From NCBI GenBank assembly GCA_028826165.1, contig JAPDFW010000095.1:186001-250000 (forward strand): DNA of 64,000 bases, read 5' to 3'. This document shows, piece by piece, positions 59,701 through 64,000 of this stretch (within the stretch, counting starts at the first letter, position 1; each line of letters starts with the position of its first letter). Below the pieces are notes generated by a model. That model was given only the letters and a program-made list of their open reading frames with translations, was not told the DNA's origin and did not search any database. The DNA comes from Anaeramoeba ignava BMAN. Its lineage: Eukaryota > Protista > Anaeramoebae. Made by a program: the position numbers and the translations under genes.

Positions 59701-62700
59701 AAATTTTTATCAATTTGAAATTCTCTAATCAAAGTCTACATTTAAATGTAACTTGGGATACTTCAGAATCTTTCACTTCAGGATATAACAGAGTAACCCA
59801 TCAACCAACAATGAGAATTACTGATGATCTTGGGGATCCAGTTGAAGGTTATTATGGATATTTCTGGATTGCTAATGGATTTCTCTCTTGGCCTTTTGAT
59901 TATGTTCACACTTATGATGCACAAGATCCAGTTGTGAGAAGTGTTGCTCCTTCAGATGAAAATGGAACAGTAACTTGGAATTTATCTTTTCAATATGTTC
60001 GAAATACACAAGAAACATATGCTTATGTGTATGTGTGGCAAGAAGGATATTATGGAACTCAAGTTGTATATTTTAATGTGACTGAAGAATTTCCTTTGTT
60101 ACAGTATTTTAATTTTCCAGAAAAAGTGTTTATCAATCAAGATTTTCCAACATCCCCAACAATTCTGGTTTATGATTACTATACATCTCAACCAATAGTA
60201 AACAAATATGTGAATCTTTTATCTTGGAATGATAGTACCTACAGTTTCGATTATAAAGGATATGAAATTACAAATCAAAATGGGATTGTTCAGTTTTCTT
60301 TGAATTCAACAGGATATGAAGATCAAGGATTTATGTTTATAAAATTCGAAGTGGATTATCAAAATTCTCTCAATTTTTCGATAAAAGTGATAACATTTCC
60401 AACTCATATTTTAATAGCATCGCAACCTATCAATGGATCACAAATTGGATATCCTTTCCTTTTTCCTACAGAAACATTAGATGTAGATGGCTCATTAGTG
60501 ATGGGATCAGTTGTGGTTCAACTCTTTGCTTATTCAAATTTAGTTGAAGGAAAAATTTTATCAGCAGAAATTGAGGAAAATGCAGGAAATGGAGTTCTAG
60601 ATCCAGAAACAACATCAGCAATAACTGATCAAAATGGAGTCGCTCTTTTTAATCTTAAGATGATTTCTGGGAATTCTGGTTATTACACAATCAAATTTTC
60701 TTATAATAATATCACTATGGCAACTGATCCTTTTTATTTACAAAATCCAATCGATAGTGTAACTTCTCAAGTGTATGATTTTCGGGATAATATACAAATT
60801 GGAGATAAATTTTCAGCTACAGTTACAGTTAATTTCAATGAAGGTTATCAAGAAGGAATCAATTTCCCAATAACAATAATTACAAAATGCTGCAATGTTT
60901 CAATTCCTGAAAGTTCCATTTCAATTAGTTCTGAAGGATTTGCTTATTTCCAAAATATTCAATTTGATTCAATTTCAGGAACTTCAGATTGCTTAATTCA
61001 AACCAATAAGGAAAACAAAGTGAAAGGAGAAGTTTCTTTCTCAATTTTAGGAATACAATCTGATTATCATACATTTTTAATAACTTCTCCTGATAGTGTT
61101 GTACTAACAAAAGCTGTTGATTCTCTCAAACAATCAGTTCTGTTCTGGGTTGTTTGTTTATCTCTTGCAGTTCCTTTCTTCCTAAATTCTCTCAAAAAAC
61201 ATAATATTGTCACATTTGTTGTTGCACTTGCATTAATGATTATTTTAATGTGTTTTCTTCCTCAATTAATTCCAAAAGCCAAAAAAGTGGAATCAAGACA
61301 ATATATCTCTTTATCATTTTTTGAAGGAATTCTTGTTTTCTTTTGCTCTTTTGCTTTTATTCATTCTTTTATTATCACGAATTATCCCAAAATTTCCCAT
61401 TTGGATTGAAAGATATGTTTTTGTTCATGAAAGAATGTCAAGTTATACATCTCTTTTCAAAAGATTACTTCCAATAGGAGGAGTTCGAAGTTTAAAAGTG
61501 AGGGAAATTGAAAAAACTCTTGGAAAAAATGTTGCCATTTCAGAAACAAGTGAAGATGATTTAAAAGAAGAGAAAAAAAAGGAAAAGGATCAGAATCTTA
61601 ATGAAATTGAACTTGAAACTGATTCACAAAATGAAAATGAAAATGAAAATCAAAATGAAAATCAAAATGAAAATGAAAAACCAGAGAAAAAATCAGAAGA
61701 TAAAAACAGATTCCAATTAACAGAAACAGAAATTAGACTCATTCTCAGAAGATCAACAAGAAGATATGGAACTCAAAATATATTAGGTGCATTTTCTCAA
61801 ATTCAAAATGATGAAAAAGAAGAAAAAAGAAGAAGAAAAAGAAGAAAAAGAAGAAAAAAATCCAAGTAAATTGAAAAGAAGTTGGAAATGGATTGTCAAA
61901 CAATTTAAAAAATTATACAAGAAAATCAAATTAAAATTCAAAGAAAAACCAAATCCACATAAAGAATATGAAACCTATTTTGATTTTTATTATCCACAAA
62001 GATTACTTGCTTCATTTTGGTTATGGGTTGTTTTAGTTGCATTATTGATATTATTTTGTACTAAACTTTTTCGAAGTGCTTGTTTATCTATTCAGTTATA
62101 TCGACAACAAATCATAGGAGATCTTCAACAAGGTAGTTGCTTTAATGATAGACCAGATATAAGTGATTATCCAGAAACAGTTTCTGTTTATGCAATCCAA
62201 TTAATTAATCAATTTTCAGATTATTGTCCTATTGATCAAAAACCTCTTGAGAATTCATTCAAAAATTTTATGTATCGATTTTCAAGATATCAAGTAAATA
62301 AAATTATGAATGCCATTTCAGTTGTTACAGGAATATCAGCATTTATTGCATTTATAATTCTTCTTTTGCTTTGGAGATCAATTTTCAATTTGTATCGAAA
62401 AAGAATTATGCTTTTAAGACAAGGGAAAAAACCTTTTAATGATTTTGATCAAGCCAAAACAGTTTTGGTTACTTCTTATACAAATTTACAGATTTGGTTA
62501 GGATTAATCTCATTTCTTGTTGTATGGATAATTGTTTTCATCATTCTTTTTTTGATTCCAGCACTTTATTGGTTTGTTTCCAAGGATTTTGTTGTTAAAG
62601 TGATCACTGTTATTATTATATTCCTTGCTATTGTGTTTGTTTATCAAATCATTTTTGGGATTGTTATTCAAAAGATCATGAACAAATATTTCGTTGATAA

Positions 62701-63238
62701 AGAACAAATTACAAATCGAACAGCATTTTCAATTTATGATTTTATTAAATTTTTCATGACGGTTTTTTCAGGAGCAACTTCAGCAGTTAAGAAATTATTA
62801 GGAACAACAGGAGGTTCAGTTTCAACAATTTTCAGACTTGATGATGAAAAATCAATTGATGAATCTTATTCAGCAATGATGCTTATTGATCATCAAACAA
62901 ACAATCCAATTCTTAGGGTTTTTGCAAATTACTTAATGAATCTCTTGAAACATCAAAAGCAAATGATTAGGCACATTACTGAAAAAAAACCTGATATTTC
63001 AGAAAAAGAAATTTCAATGGCAGTTTCTTATTTGGAAAATCATCCAATTACTGGTGAACCTTTTGAAATTGAAAAAATCAGAAAAAAATACTTATTTCTT
63101 CTTACTATTGCAGCAAATAAAAAAATTCAAGAACTTCGTAAAAATGTAATTGAAACTGAAAGGAAAAGAAAAGAATTTTTAAAACAAAAAGAAGATAAAA
63201 TTTGGGAAACTATTAAAAATGCCAAAGATCTCAATTAA
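56762..63238 (+). CDS. Large membrane protein: N-terminal TM, long beta-rich (Ig/invasin-like) ectodomain, multi-TM STRA6-like C-terminal region; multi-exon, apparent frameshifts near 58950, 61390 and 61815
   Basis: Repeated V.D..G.PI.NK.V...TD.NG...F units. C-terminal FYYPQRLL, NRTAFSIYDF, DESYSAMMLIDHQTNNPILRVF and LLTIAANKKIQELRK resemble the conserved STRA6/RBP-receptor tail. Confidence 0.65.
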
Positions 63239-63386
63239 AATTAAAAATTAAAATTAAAATTAAAATTAAAATTAAAATTAAAATTAAAATTAAAATTAAA
63301 ATTAAAATTAAATTCAAAATCAAAATTAAAATTAAAATTAAAATTAAAATTCCAAAAATATTTTTTTCATTTTTTTCTTTTCAAAA

Positions 63387-64000
63387 ATGAATGAAATTTT
63401 ATTTTTTGGTCAAAATTATAATCCAAAACTTTTCAAAAATAAATCAAATAAAATAACAAAACCAATTCAATTTAAATTTGAAAATGAAAATGAAAATGAA
63501 AATGAAAATGAAAAACAAATTAAACAAATTTCATCAGGAGGTTTTTCAACAATTTTTCTTTTTAAAAATGGAAAAGCAATAGAATATTTAAATGAAAATG
63601 ATTCAAATCAAAATCCTTCAAAAATCCAAATTGAAGAAAATATTCAAAAAGTAACTGTTGGTTATCAAAATGAAGCTATTTTAACAATAAAAGGAAATGG
63701 ATTTGCCAAAGGAAAAGATATTAATACAAATAATCCAAAAGAATTTATCAATATTTCATCATTAATTGAAGATACAAATGATAGAATAATTCAAGATATT
63801 GTTTCTGGAAGATTTTCAATTTACTTATTAACTTCAAATCAAAATGTTTATGGAATTGGTTCAAATGAATATGGTCAACTTGGTTTTGATTCTGAAACAC
63901 TTCCAAAAACAGAAAAACCAATTTTAATGATGAAAAATGTTTCTAAAATATTTTCAGGAAATTCTTCATTTCATGTTTTTCTTTTAAATTCAAATCAAGA
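63387..64000 (+). CDS. RCC1-repeat (plus presumed BTB) protein, copy 7; 3'-truncated by the window
   Basis: MNEILFFGQNYNPKLF...QISSGGFSTIF...GSNEYGQLGFDS, collinear with the paralogues. Absent from the ORF track because it has no stop codon in the window. Confidence 0.9.
   Translation, partial: MNEILFFGQNYNPKLFKNKSNKITKPIQFKFENENENENENEKQIKQISSGGFSTIFLFKNGKAIEYLNENDSNQNPSKIQIEENIQKVTVGYQNEAILTIKGNGFAKGKDINTNNPKEFINISSLIEDTNDRIIQDIVSGRFSIYLLTSNQNVYGIGSNEYGQLGFDSETLPKTEKPILMMKNVSKIFSGNSSFHVFLLNSNQ

Noticed and set aside
58940-61870. Programmed frameshifting in the STRA6-like gene (and at PARP ~4429 and the coiled-coil gene ~33570-33730)
   Set aside because: The breaks are mostly in homopolymer or low-complexity tracts with no consistent slippery site or downstream structure. 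Sequencing error is more parsimonious.
11696-62707. Short antisense or alternative-frame ORFs inside long genes (e.g. 11696-12132, 34061-34472, 37799-38053, 39214-39474, 48302-49342, 54766-55026, 59196-59399, 62510-62707)
   Set aside because: Shadows of real coding sequence with no recognisable motifs.
1-64000. Transposons, inteins, viral genes or a non-standard genetic code
   Set aside because: No transposase, RT, integrase, Hint/LAGLIDADG or capsid motifs were recognised. TAA and TGA act as stops at conserved gene ends, and no conserved in-frame stops were seen.

Overview
Extremely AT-rich, gene-dense eukaryotic (protist) nuclear DNA. It uses the standard genetic code and has many short GT-AG spliceosomal introns, and both introns and spacers are often inflated by simple satellites. 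The overall style (RCC1-BTB and BTB-TLDc expansions, (TTTTAA)n satellites) suggests an Anaeramoeba-like metamonad, but that is inference only. Genes in order: 3' part of an M18 aminopeptidase, PARP6/8-like gene, tRNA-Ala(AGC), two small Cys-rich GPI-type proteins, three BTB-BACK-TLDc genes, an ankyrin/tandem-BTB gene, a C1A cathepsin-like pseudoprotease, RalGAP-beta, a dual-specificity phosphatase, a coiled-coil protein, a divergent PP2A B56 subunit, seven RCC1/tandem-BTB paralogues, a short TBC protein, a bacterial-type DUF4139-like/SPRY fusion and a large STRA6-like membrane protein. The main finding is mostly missed by the ORF track. The ankyrin-BTB gene (14437-17906, minus strand) can be spliced by hand into 25 exons joined by 24 phase-0 introns. 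Thirteen of these exons are single codons (3 nt) and one is 6 nt, and they supply the beta-hairpin tip residues between ankyrin repeats. Together with the loop-hypervariable, mosaic RCC1-BTB array, which shares the same tandem-BTB tail, this looks like a diversified repertoire of putative Cullin3 substrate receptors.
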